From positions 11,284,001-11,348,000 of the forward strand of contig CM119381.1 in assembly GCA_051294905.1 (NCBI GenBank): a DNA stretch of 64,000 nucleotides, written 5' to 3'. The translations under genes and the position numbers were made by a program. This document shows, one piece after another, positions 1 through 15,700 of this stretch. Position 1 is the first letter of the stretch. Every line of letters starts with the position of its first letter. The notes below the pieces were generated by a model that saw only the letters and a program-made list of their open reading frames with translations, ran no database searches and was not told where the DNA came from. This stretch comes from Botryllus schlosseri. Its lineage: Eukaryota.

Positions 1-149
1 AACAGTTGAATGGCATCAAATCGAGGAAAATTATGTCTAATTCAACTTGTTTGGGAATTCTCAAAACTGTGCAGCACCGCGTTATTGAAGTGCATCCTAA
101 GATTAGTTTCCTTGACAATATTATTTATGCAAATCAACTATTTCAGTAT

Positions 150-268
150 CAAAAACTGTTGAAGTAGAAGTAGTATGGAAAAAGAACTACTTGATTAAGT
201 GAAACAAATAGATAAAACCTGCTTGAGTACTACAGAAAAGTAGAAGTGCTTCACTACTGACGACCTCT
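150..268 (+). mobile_element. Terminal fragment of the same AGTAG-rich family as 27357-28622
   Basis: ...cttgagtactacagaaaagtagaagtgcttcactactgacgacctct resembles ...cttgagtacttcaaaaaagtagaggtactccgttactgaccacctct at 28575-28621. Confidence 0.6.
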
Positions 269-388
269 AGCTTTTAGGGGGTCGATGAGTAAGAAAAGTT
301 TGGGAGCCGCTGATCATAATGCCACAGAAAACATTCCCATAAACACCGAACACGATTGTACTTTTCGCAAATAGTAATAGTACTTTAC

Positions 389-785
389 CACTGGATGGAT
401 CTTCAATGATATTAACAGTCACAAGAAGTTCGGGATCATTCATAGCATCAGTGAGCGATCCAGTGACATTTTCAACACTTTCGTCGTCATCAATGGGAAC
501 CTTCACTATTGACTGAATTTCATCTTCGCCTGTAAGAATTATTAACTTGCTGATACTTTAATATAACCAGAATCTGCACAAGGCAAGAATTACCAGGTTC
601 AAATACCAATTCCTCCTCGATTGGTTCTGCCTTTTCATCTGGAGTATCGTTTAGTCGGTACGGTTTAATGATTGAATCGACAGGTGTCTTCTTTGTTGTG
701 TCGCCGTGACGACCAAGAGTGATGTTTAAGATGACAGTGTCGTTATCTTCAACGTACGACAAATCTTTGACATATACTTTGGTTC
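389..785 (-). CDS. Calx-beta-like 23, class N (594-785, 389-529); gene probably continues beyond the window start
   Basis: LGRHGDT..YRLNDTPD; ends in a phase-1 donor G|gtaaag like its paralogues. Confidence 0.83.
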
Positions 786-3700
786 CTAGTGAAAAAAGTT
801 TCTTTGAATTCACTACCCCCGATCAATATTTCAAAACACTATATTTACCGTCAGATTCATCCAAGATTGTTAATGTTGTTTCAATGATTTCACCCAGTTT
901 TGCCAAAGTATCTTCAGCTAGATTTTTTGGTTCCACCAGCTCAAGCGTGAATACCTCTGGATTCTCGTAGATTTCGTCGTTCATGATTGATACGGTTACA
1001 AATTGTTCCGTTTCACCTAGATTTTTAGACATCACAAATCACATGTAGGCCAGCTCATTGCCTCATATTTAAAAATATATCGGGCATATTTCAATAACAA
1101 GTTTTGGAGGATGTTTTTTTTAAATTGACACTATCGTATTTTACAAGTCGTTACCGGGTTCAAACACAACATTCGATTCAGGATTCTTCTTCCTCTCCAT
1201 GAAATCATTATCAGAGTCGGCAGTTCCAGGCTTCGTGACAACGTAAACAGTCGTTTGATTGGACAAATCTCCTCTTCTTAATACGGTGATATTTACTTCT
1301 TTTTCATCCTCCATAACTGTGTAGCTATCTTTCTCGAATTCCACCACAGTCACTGAAAGCATATACATTCGAAGCTTGAAACATAAAATATAAAAACATA
1401 GAGATAGAATAGCGGAATAGTGTGGGATGATATACAAAAAAAGTTAGAAATAGCATATGTTTTGAAAAGTGATGATCTCCATGGTCGCCTTAGTTCATAA
1501 TTGAAGTAGTGTATTAGCAAAAATATCCGTAAATCAGTGTTTCTTGAATATTTTTCTGGCACGGAGCTGTAAATTTCATTTGGGTGATTGTGCGAACAGC
1601 CTAACTTTGAAATGTGGCAAGATGATGACTGAAAAAAGTCATCACTTCTTCTCAGTACTAACAATGGCCTGATATTGTCATCACTTTTGCTTCTCAGTCT
1701 ATTGTGAGCGAGATAAAGCAAATAAGGACTGATGTTTTAAAGGACAGTATAGTACTTTCAACAATGGCGTTTAATGAACCTCTTACAACTAGTCTGTTAC
1801 CTCCCAAGGGTGCACCCCAGGTTAGGAAACCCTGGCACAGACCATTGTGAATCCACTAAATTTACTATTTTCTCCAGCAGAGTGTATATTTGTCAGTCTA
1901 TTAGAAGTATTTATGGTATGGTCTGGAATTTACAACTCATATTAGTACTCCAGTAATATAGAATTATTTCAACTGCAACAGTGGACAACCAGCTGAACCC
2001 CCTACGCAATAAAATGGTGAAGTTGCTTACCTGGTTGATCAGTTATGACGACAACAGACTCATTCTTCTCGCCAATGTTTATTGGAACATTCATATCATT
2101 GTTTTCAGCCTGTTCTAGATAAACAACAAAACGTTCTTCATCTTCTGGCAGATTGTCTTTCTTGATTGGGACGAGAACGGAAATTTCTTTTTCACCTAAT
2201 ATAAGATCAAAATTAAACAAGTAGCCTTGACTGAAGATGGCTAAATCATACAAACAACAAATTGAAAAGGTTTATCTATAAATTTCGTAATGTAGTTTGT
2301 AAAGGAAAGTACAAACATGAAAATTGAGTGGTAACGGAACTAGTTTGTAATGCATATATCAGATAGTGCAGTATGATTTATTGCTGCAATAATATCAATA
2401 CAACAAGGATTATATTTATAAAGATGAGATTTTACGCTGAAGGTGTTGGTAAAATTGCTCTAAAATTACGTGATTCAAAGTCGTTTCACTATTATAATGA
2501 TAAGAGGGACACAACATGTAACAGTAAATAGATCTTGCAGGTCAAACTAGAAGACGAAGTGTAAATCAGGGTAAATGAAGCATCCCTTGGTCAATGTAAT
2601 CCAACAAACTCTAAGGAGGAGATATAGTTTCCTTGATTCCCATTTCCAAAATATACCCATACTCACTCGGCTTGAATAAGATATCAGAATCTTCAGTGTT
2701 TGGTCTTGTCTCAAAATCACTTTCATCGGCAGTGTCCGGTTTGGTTAGTAAACGAACTGTGGATTCGGTAGTGACATCACCAGAACGCACTACTGTCACT
2801 GTGACGTTCTGGGATTCGCTTGTTTCATACTTTGGTTTCTTGATACTGACAACAGTACCTGTACAAATAGAGTGTAATGCTACTTCGGTATTTTTTTTCG
2901 ATTCAGTCATTGGATTTATCTTCTATACTCATAGGTCAAATGAACAGTAGATATCTATAGGGGGAAGGTAGTCAGTAATAAACTGCTTCATTTTTCAGAT
3001 TGCAACTCCATGTTTAATGTTTACTCTAGTGGTGATCATTGCAGGAAACTACCAGCATATGTATTTGATAATATTATCATCTCAAGAACATGGCTATGTT
3101 ATAGCAATGCAGAAAGATAAGGGAATTTGAGAAGGAATCAAAGAATAACCTTTCAAGCGTCACTTGGCATATAATAGTGACAAAAATTAAACCTAGGGCT
3201 ATTACACACACCTGCATACACACACATATCGAGTGAGAAAATACAGTAATAATCAAATATCTACTATATTCTGAGACAGCAGATGGCAATAAAGCATAAT
3301 GCATGTACTTGCACAATCTGATAACTATACAAGTATACATATACCAGACACAGAAACTGGTCAGTAAGTTGGAGGAAAATGAATCTGGGTTATGACACAA
3401 TCTCATGATCTGCACAAAAGTCATGTGTCATGACAGCATTGTATTTTAGTGTCTACCACAATACTGATACCTTCATCTGTGTCTGGATCTTCAACGATGT
3501 TAACAGTTGCAGTCAATTTGGGATCGTTCATTGCGTCGGTCAATGACAGCGTAGCGTTTTCGACACTTTCATCATCGTTAATTGGAAATTTGACAACGGA
3601 AATGATTTCATCTTCACCTGTAGGAATTATAACCTTGATAGTAACGACATACTACTCAGATACTGGCTAGTTATGGTCCGTTCAAATGGTATTTTGTGTT

Positions 3701-6700
3701 ACAATAGTAAGTCCCACATCGTGATTCAGCTGTGGTAGTTGGTATTACTACTTAATTTCATTGTGTCATTCATCACACCCTTGTATACATACACACATTG
3801 CAGAATTACTTAAAGTTTGAATGGTCCAAGATCAATTGGGATGCATGAACAAGTTGCTTTAATGGAATTGCCGAAACTATGAAGTCTGTAAAAATATTGA
3901 CATCATTGAGAACTACTGAAAATGAAACTATAACTGAAATTGTGTTGTATCTTACTGTCCAATCGCTAGACTTGAATACTTTTCATAGATGCAAAAAATA
4001 GTTAATAAAGAAATCAACATGAAAACAAGCACATATTTACCAGGAGAAAATTTCAATTCCTCTTCAATTGGCTCTGGCATTTTGTCTGGACTGTCGTTCA
4101 GTTTGTATGGTTGAGTAATTGAATCAACTATGGTCTCATCTGTAGTGTCACCGTGACGACCAAGAGTTACATTTACGATGACAGTATCATTTTCTTCCGT
4201 GTACGAAAAATCTTTGATATAGACTTTGGTCCCTGCTCATAAAGAGGTCGATATAAATTTTCACATTGCAACAGAATTTCAAAACAGCACAGTCACCATC
4301 AGATTCATCCAAGATTGTGATCCTGGTTTCATTGACGTCACCCAGCTTCGCCGTGGTATTTGGTGCCAAATTGGTTGGTTCCACTAGTTCCATGGTAAAT
4401 GTTTCGGGTTTTTCGTAGACTTCATCATTTGTTATCGATACAGTGACTTTTTGTTTTGTGCCGCCTTCATTGTGAGAGAGCATTATAACAATGTGATCAT
4501 TGAGAAAGTATAAAGGAGACTATGGAAAATAAGTAGCCTACAAGCTTGATTAGAACTTGCATGGTTGAAAACAGAAGTAGTTTTAAGAACATGAACGAAG
4601 TTATGCAATAATATGAAGATTATAATTTGCATCAACCAGTTTAAAGTAATATGATTGATGTGGTTTCAACACAATCATAGTTATGTTTATTTGATCTGAC
4701 AGACATAGGCAAGAAATTGTGGTAAGGAAGAAAACTCTATCAATAAGAATCGCCTGAGTGATGTGATAGAAACTGACTATCAAATTATAAATTCAATTCA
4801 ATTATAGAAAATCTGTGCCTTCAATTCACCTGACGATAAATCAGCGCTGAAAATCTTCCTATTTTTAGGGCAAACAAAAATACGGATTTGGAGCTATACC
4901 GAAACATTCGCGATGGTCTCCAGGGTAATAAAGGTCAAAGTTTTACTGTGTAGTCATATTATGATATAATAAATGTTTACACAACCTCCTTCGAAGAGCT
5001 TATTGAAATTTCATTCAAAAAAGTTTTAGCAAATACATATATGACTTAACTGTTGGTTAGATATTCCAACAATCAACACGAAACAGCACACATTTACTTG
5101 CTCTTAAACTTTTACCTGGTTGAAAGACTACAACGCTTTCCAGATTCTTTACTTTTTCGGTGAAATCATCTGGTGCCTCAGCGGTGCCCATTTTAGTGAC
5201 TACATGAACTGTGGCTTCATTCGTCAAATCCCCGCTGCGCAACACAGTAACATCAACCTTTCCTTCATCTTCAATTACGGTATAATTGTCTTTTTCAAAT
5301 TCGACAACAGTCACTGAAACAATGGGAATTACATTAAATCCTAAATCCTTGAAAATCTAATGCAAGCAAACAATAACATCATAGCCCAGATTACTTAAAG
5401 TCATTAACAAACAATTGAGCAACCTTGATTATTATGAGTCACTGTGACGTATGATCGGAAAGTTTAATTCCAGACTCAAAAAGTATAACAAACAAATATT
5501 TTGAGCATGGCCGTACATCAGTTACATGCCATAAACCCAAATTCATGACCACACATTTAGTATTTGACTAGGAGATTGCGAAAATTCAGAATGATATAGC
5601 CTCGCGTTATCATGCAAATTAGAAATCCCACAAGTATGCAGCTTTCTTCAAAATATAATTTGTTGAAATTCTTACTCGGTTGATCAGTGATCAGAACTAC
5701 GGTTTCATTCTTCTCCTCGCAGATACTTATAGGAATATCGGAATTATCATTTGTGGGGTCTTTTAGATAAATGATAAAACTTTCTTCATCCTCTGGGAGA
5801 TTGTCCTTGGTAATTGGGACTGTGATGAATATTTGTTGTTCACCTGCAATAATTGAATAACTTTGGTGAATACTTCAATTCAAGTTTATTTTGATTTTTA
5901 CATATGAACAATAAATATGTGACTATATTTTAACAGTCAATATGCACAAACGATGTAATTGAAATCTAATTATTATAACATACAGATAAAAAAAAGAATG
6001 TAGCAAAGTAGGTGGAATCAATTCAAAATTAGATATTATAAAGTTGATAGCCAATTTACCTGGTTTGAATACGATATCTGATTCTTGAGTGTCTGATCTT
6101 CGTTCAAAATCACTTTCATCGGCAGTATCGGGTTTAGTTAGCAATCGGACTGTTGATTCAGTTGTGACATCACCATAGCGAACTACCGTCATCGTCACAT
6201 TCTGGTATTCGCTCGTTTCATACTTTGGCTCCGGGATACACACAACAGTGACTAGACATACAACAAAATGAAATAAAATATATAATAAACGATAATAAAT
6301 GAGTAGCAATTTCGAAGGCAGGGTCGAATCAAGTATTACTATCAAATGAGTAGGTTGAAAATTATTCAAGTGGTGTTATGTATTTGACATCTACAACATG
6401 AAAATATCATTATGGATCTACATTCTGAAGCCAAAATGGTTCAATTTCAAAAAAAGGTTTAATTTCTACACAAGTTCCGCTCTAAAACACCTGTGACGAT
6501 TCCCTTAAGAAAATGATATTATCGAATGTAAACATGGAATGGCAATTGCAACTACGTTCCGCTTCGTTGAGGCTGTATACAGAATTGTTTTGCGGCAGCG
6601 ACGGTAGGATTTCTGGCAATCCCAAATATATCTTCCAGAGCGCAGAATTCACTGATTCGGGTCTTGATCGGAAGCTACTGTCGCACTGATTCCGAAAATA

Positions 6701-9700
6701 TATCTTTAAAAATATAATCAGGCACTGGAACCCCCCTGAATTCGCCCTTCAAGTCTGCAATATCGGCATTGTCGGAACAATGCAAGAGCCGTAACTGGTT
6801 ATTGTGTGGCGAGTTAGCGTAGTGGCGTAATCCACAGCTGCAACACCAATGGGTTGCGGGTTCGAGTCCGACCGAGGTCGACTACAGAATTCCTACGTAA
6901 GTGTTATGGTCGTTGTTTTTCAGTCATCCAATTTTTCTGAACAATGCACATTTTAGATATTGAGGGTGATTTTCATCGAAGTCCAGAGCCTGACAATATT
7001 TTAATTTATATTTTCGGAATCAGTGCGACTGTAGCTTTCGATCAAGACCATATTCTGTGGGTTCTGTGCTCTGGAAGATAACTTTTGGATTGCAAGAAAC
7101 ACTACTGTCGCTGCCGCCAAACAATTCTGAATACAGCCTGAGCAAAGCGGAACGAAGCTGCAAAATCGGTTATTGCCATTCCATGTTAACATTCGATAAT
7201 GATAATAATCTACCCAAAAACTGTTCAAGTTGCAGCAGGATCAGGTCAAAGTAGAGGAGGCCTACTGAAATACCAAAAAAAGTTCTAATATATTAATCAC
7301 CTTTAAAAATGAAATCAGAAGTCAAAAAATATTAGATTCAAACCGAAAAAAATTCACTCATGTACATTGTCGATCAGTACAATTCTGCTTCAATCATATG
7401 TCATTCGACATGTAGCAGTACCTTGATCTGAATTTGGATCTTCAACGATGTTCACAGTCACAATAATCTCCGGATTATTCTTCGGATCTGTTATTGATAT
7501 TGTGGCATTCTCCACGTTTTCATCGACCATAATTGGCATACGCAAGGTGGCCATAATTTCATCTTGACCTGAGGAAACAATGTGTATACTATAAATATTA
7601 TTCGAAATCTTAAAGTAGGTATTGTACCTGGTTCAAACACCATTTCTTCAACAGATTCTGGCGCATCATATGGACTGTCGTTAAGTCTGTTTGGTTTAAG
7701 GATTGCATTAACGGGAGTTTTTTCAGAAGTATCTCCTTTGCGACCAAGTGTAATATTAAGGATGACGGTGTCGTTATCTTCCACGTATACAAAGTCTTTA
7801 ACGAACAACTCTACTAAAAAGGAATAAAAAGGATAGGCATTGTGATGATTTGTAAAAAAAACACTTGTTTACCCTCAGCACCGTCTGTTATTGTAACTTC
7901 GGCCTTGTCCGGGCCTCCTAATTTTGCTGGTGTGTCGATGTCCGTATTTTTGGGCTCTTTCAGCTCGACAGTGAATTTTTCCGGTTCCTCTTTGATATTG
8001 TCTTTTGTTATGAGAACAATCGCATTTTGTTTGGTGCTTCCTAGATAACAAAATGAATACACAGTGAGGATAATTGTTGGGGCTCGAATTGAGAGATATT
8101 TCAAAAAAATACAGTCAATATCACTGTACTTTATCGATAATGTGATATTTAAGTTTCACTATTCTGTCATACTCGTTATTTCTGAATAGGGCTTCCTAGT
8201 TGGTTCACTGAAAAAGTGAAATGTAAGAACCAACTAAGCGTGGAATAATATTTTCCGGTAGGAAAATCCATTACTGGAGAATATCTTGACACATTCCAGG
8301 TGATGTAGGTGATAATGTCCACCCTCTTTTACGATGTCGAACGAAAGCGGGACCAAAAGACTTCGATGTGCACTGTTATAAATATGTACCGGTATTAGAA
8401 ACTAATCTTTCACATCCCGAATTGTCCATTTCAAGAGATAACATAATTGACTATCTGATTCTAGGAAGCCAGATATCTGTTTCGTTTATTTTGAACGTAT
8501 TCCCTGAAACAAAGAATGTCAGTACGTTTTTTTCACATTCACACACCAGGTTCAAAAACGACGAGAGATTCCATGATTTTTGTCTTCTCTGTGAAATCCC
8601 CAGGACTTTCTGCACTTCCGGGTTTCGTAACAATATACACCTTGGTCTCGCCGGATACATCGCCGCTTCGGATGACAGGAATTTCCACTTTTCTCTCAGT
8701 TTCAATAACTTCAAAGCTATCATCCGCAAACTCAACAATCGTTTCTGAATCAAAAGATGGTATGGTTTTGATGGATTTGTAATTTCCGTTTTTCCAATAC
8801 ACACGGATGTTGGACACATGATAAGATATCTAGTAGGTGAAAAAAGTGTCATGTTTTCTGATTTTTTTTTTGCCAAAAATAAAACAGATTTGCAACCAAA
8901 AAACTCCAGTCTAAATGAAAATGATCAGGCTTTCTTTTAAGTAAACTTTAAAATAATCAGAATAAATCTAAATCTTTGAATGCAGCAACGAGAGTCAATG
9001 TGCGGAAAATACATACAAGCACTGCTACCTGCAAGCTGTGCGCATGCGCAATTGCGCAGTGCTGACACGGTCCCTGCCCACAGAAAAGAAAGCTTTTTTT
9101 TAGTCGTTACACACTGTTGTCCAAGGGACCGCGGGCAGTGAGTTGGTTAGTGTGTGAATTAGTGGGAACATCGCATACAACAACCGGTATTTATATTTTT
9201 AGTTTAATATTAATGAAGTAAGATATAGGTTATAAATCAGTAAATAATTCAATTCAATTTATCAATTATAAATCAGTACCACGTACCATTGTCCATCTCA
9301 TCCTTGGTCATTACCACAACATGAATTGATGGATTATTAGGGTCCGATTCATCTGATTCAATCCCAAGTTTCTCGAAATCTTCCGCATCTTTGAGTGGAA
9401 CCTTCATCACGACTACTGAATCTGCGTCTCCTGGAATTTTGATTTGTTACATACTTCGGAATCAAAACTGAGATGATATATCACTTACAAACTATCATAT
9501 ACAGCACATAACAGTTTTAATACAGCATATTATTGGTGATTAACTACATTAACAATGATTTGCTGTTATGGGATTTGATCGAACATAGGAGCATGAACAG
9601 TGCACCTGCACACTAACTGGATAATTGATGACATAAAAATATGTTTAGAGATTTTTAATTCAGTACACTCTGATGGATTATTGTCATAAATGCATCTATT

Positions 9701-12700
9701 TGGCTGAAAATTAAACTTCAAAATGTCACTGAAGTTGTGCATGTCAAGGAAACTATTCAAATGTTTCTGCATGACAACGTCTGAAAACTTACAAACTTTA
9801 AATTTCTTTAAATTTCAGCAAATCGTTTTTACTGGAGACATATTTGTAAATGATAAATAAAGGGTCTTAGTCAATGTCACTTAGCAAAGAACAAATCTTG
9901 AATTTTATTTACCTAAGATTATGGATATACAAAACTATTCAAATGCGAACCTGGTTCGAATGAAGCCACGTCTTCCAAAGTTCTTTCAGGATCATAGTCT
10001 GTGTTTTCGATTCCATACTTTACGACATCAAGTTTCATGGGGACATCGGCTTTTTCTGAAGTAGGCTCTTTTCTGCCCACAGTTATTGTTAGCAAAGCAA
10101 CATCATCTTCGATGACACGATCAACATCTTTAATAAAGTATTCTGAACGAAAATAAAATGCATTATGTAAAAACCGAGAGTAAAGCAGACAGAAATTGTG
10201 AAGTGCACAATAACAGAGTAAAGAAGTATCTGCACTTATGATTATTCCATTTTTTATAAAAATTCACACTCTTTCAGGTGTTAAGGAGTTTTTGTTATCA
10301 ACTGATATGTCCTAACCTGTATGTATGTATACTTGATATTATTTTCTTGTAAACTCTAGCATCTGCCCTAAATGTAACATTTGAATATCTATATTCATTG
10401 ATGCTATTACAAGGGTCATTATTGTGACTTAAATTTCAGCAATATGAATATACTGTTTGATAAATTCCACAAAGTAGCAGACAAATTCTGAGAAAAAGTA
10501 GAAGCTCTCCATAACTGACAAGACCACATCTACAAAGTAGGTAATGGCGTTATTTAGAGTACTGGTTTTTCGGTTCACGTAAATTCATATCATAGAAGCT
10601 TGATATTTTCTTCAATAGTGACACAATTTTAGGGCCGGAAGGTCTACAAATTCTAATATCGCTATTGGCAATAACTGTCAATGCCAAAAATATATTTACG
10701 AATGTTACAGCCCAGATAGTTACTTGGTGGATCCATGATTACAATAACAGATTCGTTGTATCGACCGATCTTTATAGGAATGTTGAAGATGTCATTCTCA
10801 GCATTTTCAAGGAACACAATAAATTCCTCTGCATTCTCCGGATCTTTCTCTTCAATTATTGGTATAATTATAGATGTTTCATTTTGACCTGAAAAATAAA
10901 AACAAAAATGAAGTATACTCGATGACCTAATTTAAACAGGCATAACATAATTACCAGGCTTGAATGTGACCATCGAAACTTCTGTGTTGGGTCGCTTTTT
11001 AAAATCCGTATCGTCGGCCGTGTCTGGTTTCGTGATTACAAATACTTGTGAATCTGATGTGACATCTCCGGATCGTGTTACGGTCAGTTCAACTTCATCA
11101 CCTTCAGTTACTACATATTTGGGCTCTTTCATGTTCAGTACTGTTCCTATTGTAGTAAATAGTGAAAGTCATGTTATTATGGATGGTTAGGTAGGAACTG
11201 GGCTATTTCAATTCAGTACAGATCAATATCCTAATAATTTCATCTTTACAAAGCACCTCAATGTTGTCGAAACGATATGGAGTAGTCTTTCAATCAAACA
11301 CCCACCTGGGCCTAGAAAATGTGGTTAAGAGGCACGAACACTGAATTAAGAATAATAGAAGATAACATAAAAAAAATGATAAAAAATAAGTGACATGTGT
11401 CGGTTAGTGCAATAGATATGTGAGATCGTGGTTGGTTAATCTTGAGTGCATCACAGTATTCATTCAGCAGAATGTGTTGATATTTTACCTTGAGTGTGGT
11501 GACTGTCTGATTGTCGGTCAAGTACTGTTCAACAATCACTGACCGTGATACTAGTGGACACCCATTTTTAAAAAATCATCAATTCTTCAGATAATCTCAG
11601 AATATTTTGAAATAATCTAATCCCTAATACACATTCCGGTGCTTATTCTAACATTAGTGCCGATATGTGGTGTTAATCCTTAATCAAATGATTGCAGAAT
11701 TATGTAAAATGATCAAAGCTTCACACTCACCATTGAAATCTGGATCATCAATATCAGTAATGGTAACAACGGCCTGCTCTTTTTCACCCAATTTTATAAA
11801 CGAGTCATCTTTGTTGACAGGATTTTTCAGCAGGACGAGGAAAGTCTCATCGTCTTCACCCAAGTCGTCAGTAATGATGGTAATATCAACCATTTTCACT
11901 TCCTCGCCTGCATAGCATTGAATAGAATTCACTAATGTAACTTATAATTGCTGTCAGAGCTTGTGTTTACCAGCCAACATCTCGTATATTAATCGAATTT
12001 GCTTGTCAAAAATGAAACTGACATTACTGAGAACGAGGGGGTAAGAATGAGGTTATATTGACGGAGACATTGATATGAAATCTACTTTGTGCAGAGATAT
12101 TTACATAAAGAATAGGTAGACATGGTCATTTACCTGGCTGGAATACCACATTCGATACCGGCTTGTCAGGACGCTCAACAAAATCTACATCATCCTCTGC
12201 ATCGTTCTCTTCCGTGACAAGAGTCACTGAAGATGTTCTTGAAAGATCACCCGTTCTCACCACCGCAATGGAGACATTGCCTTCAGTCTCGGCAACGGTA
12301 TATTCATCTTCTTTTAACTCGACCATGGTCTCTGTAAGGGAGAAGCTGAAATTGAACTGTTCACTCCTCAAATACATTTTCACTAACCTGTGTCATTTTT
12401 GGTTGCTGAAAGGCGTGGTTTTGTAAGAACCACTATGACAGGGTTTTCCCCAGATGGATTTAATAGCTTGATTTGCATTGGTTCTGATGTGTTGAATTCA
12501 TCCAGTGGTACTAGCAGTATTACATCTTCCTCATTATCATCTGTAATTGAAATTTGTAACACATTGGGACATCAAAATCACAACAGAGACAAGATTAAAT
12601 TATTTTCTTTCCATAGAAAATGTAAAAGACTGCTATGCATTGATATAACGGTTCATGGTAACCAATAGCCAATACAAAATAAATGCTTGTTATGCAGCAA

Positions 12701-15700
12701 CTCTAGTAACAAAATGTAAGACCAAAGTTTCTGTGATATAATATCCTAAATATAGCATACGTTAACTGGTAAGCATTCCCACTGTTGAATTAGTTGTATT
12801 TTTTTATTGGAATTTACCAGATATAGCATGCAGGATCAGCAAATTTTAAACGCAATAAGATTTAAATCTTCCACGTCACAAAGCAGACAAACTAAAATGT
12901 ACTCATGAGCATTGGGAGGACATCAAAATTGAATTCCGGTAGTATCTAAATGCTTTTGTCAAATATATGTATCATGTGTGACAGACAAACCTTCTTTACC
13001 TCAGTGGTCTTGAATCAAGCTTAATGGATTCAGATTTGTTATTGGAATCGACAATTATGTCTATGATAGTACTGTGCTGTTCAGTAAAATATCTATTAAC
13101 TGTACAACACGACATAACATCATACCCTCAACGAATTGTACATTCTTGTCTGGATCTTCAATGTCCTCTTGAGTGGGTGTCTCTGTATCCGGATTTAATA
13201 TTACAGGTATATCTTCTTGTATGAGACCCTCCCCATCTCTAATGACTGTGAATTCTAATTTGACATCTTCATCCATAATTTCATACATGCCATCCTTCAC
13301 GTTGATCACTGCAAATAATCCAACACAGTTTCAGTTATGTAGCAGTACTAACTAGAAAATGACTATACCTCGGTCAGGTGCAGGATCTTCTTTCAGGAAA
13401 ACAGTCACTGTAATTTCCGGATTATTGTTTGGATCCTTGAGCGATATCGAGACATTTTCAACAGTTTCGTCCGCATTTATCGGAAGGTCGATTGTGGATG
13501 GAATCTCTCCTTGTCCTGTTCAAGCAGCATAAGAGAATGTGGCAAACAAGGATGATATGGCAAGACTGCTGGCAAGAACAGTGTATAAATGACTTTTTAT
13601 TCGTATACCAGATATTAGGTAATAAATAACATCTCTACTGATGTGTTGTAGATGAGAGACAGCGTCTCTTTCTGGGCACATTATTAAAAAGTAACCAATT
13701 TTTCAAGAAATCTCCTGGGCATAAAAAGCACTAGAGCCATGATGCAAAAAAATATTGAAATCATGACATAAATAGTATCCACACATATCTAGTTTTCTTG
13801 TCACTTGTCACAGTTGTGTTGAAGAATATTGTATTGATAGTCTGTAAATTTTGTATGTTACTCAGGCACCAAATCATATAGCACTGTCGCGCTGCACGAG
13901 TTATGAGTGAGAGATGTTAATTACAGAAAACTGAAAATCAAGAGCCAGACATGGAAAACCCATCATACACTTCCAAAATACTAAAGAGAATGTATGCATA
14001 ATAAGCACAAATAATACTGTATGCTGTAAAGTGTGTAGCTTTGATATTGACATACTATTTATAGGTACCTTCTTCAAATAACAATTCCTGCACAATAGGC
14101 TGTGGACCCTCATCTGGACTGTCGTTCAATTTATATGGCATGACAGTAAGTTTTACTGGTAAGTCTTCGCTGATATCTCCTTTGCGGCCAGTAGTAATAT
14201 TAACCGTTACAACATCATCATTGGTAGTATATGCCACATCTTTGATGAAGACCTCTGATGCTGTAATAGGAATTCAACCATAATTGAATTGATCTACTTT
14301 TAAAATATATTTCTTACCGTCTGGTTTGTCCAGGATTTTAACCGTTGTTTCATTGATTTGTCCAATTGCTAGAATGAAACTGTCTGTCATGTCTTCCGGC
14401 AGTACAAGTTCTACGGTGAAGCTTTCAGGTTCCTCATTGGTATCATCGTTTACAATGGGTATAGTTACTGCTTGCTTTGTCTCATCTAAAAAAAATCGTA
14501 ACTTCATAAAAAAAGAGGTCCAAAACTAAGTGTTTAATAGACTCTTGGTATCCAGAAAATGGTTTATAGAAGCACGCACGGTAATGTACTAGGTTACAGA
14601 TTCACTGTTTCCCCTCTTGTCAGAGACATCATGTCAAATGATACCACAACTTTAATGCATCCCACTATGACTATAAACAATGCACTTGCAAGCATGATTA
14701 TCAGGTATTATTTAATCCAACTTAATGTTTATCATCCATATGGATGTTAATATAATTGATCAATCACATAACAATTTTTAAAGATATGATTCGAAAATCG
14801 AAATAATGTCACAGCGTACTGAAGAATTCTGTCAAGATTTAGGACTATTCCCGCTGTCAATTGTTACAGACAGATATGTTCACGATGATTGTCGATGGTA
14901 GTCAAATGCAGGCCCAATAACATTTGCACCTTATAAACTTCTTTCATGATCTTGCAACATTAGAATAGTAATTTAATCTATTATTACCAGGTTTGAATTC
15001 AACCATAGCTGGTGGTGCCATCTCTCTCTCTGTAAAATCCTCAGGCGATGTAGCCGATCCTGGTTTGGTAAAAACATAAATCTTTGTTTCCTCTGATAAA
15101 TTGCCGCTACGAAGGACATTAATCTCGACTTCCTCATCTTCTTCCAAAACTGCGTAGAGTTCTTTCTCAAATTCCACAACCGTTCCTGATATTTGCAAAG
15201 TAAATTTATATATGAACAAACGACACAATCGTACCCACCAAGGTTGCCAGTGTATTCGGCACTTGGTGAATTCGGCCCTTGGAGAAGTTTGCATTAAAAT
15301 GTATTATTATCAAGTGATTTGTCAATATTGTACGGAGGTCAAGATATGCGTAGATCACTTGATCACAGATTGCATAAGCGCGGGAGATAATGCGACGCTC
15401 ACGCGTGGTCTGGTCTGCACGTTATTCGTAATTTGACGGCGTGAGTGACGGGCGTGAGTTTTGAGAAGATGCATCTTTGCGTTGTATGTGAGATAGAAGT
15501 TTTGGAAGATCAAGCGGCGCTTCTTCGCTCCATGACAACCAAGTGTTCCCCGTGATGTCGACAAATGTTTCCGATGAACACGTCAACATGTATAAAAGTC
15601 AAAATAAATTGTTTTTTGCCTTTGGAGAGACCGATACTAGGGTTGGGGGAGGGGGGATATTAGGGTTGGGGAGGAGATATATCAGGGTTGTAGGTGGGCT

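Noticed and set aside
6808-6880. tRNA gene (also 33602-33675)
   Set aside because: A and B boxes are present, but I could not fold a proper acceptor stem or cloverleaf, and a non-tRNA body follows; called SINE instead
8451-8504. In-frame extension or extra exon after Calx-beta 16 first exon (GNTFKINETDIWLPRIR*)
   Set aside because: It ends in a stop with no donor and no Calx-beta similarity; exon 7873-8040 is the proper partner
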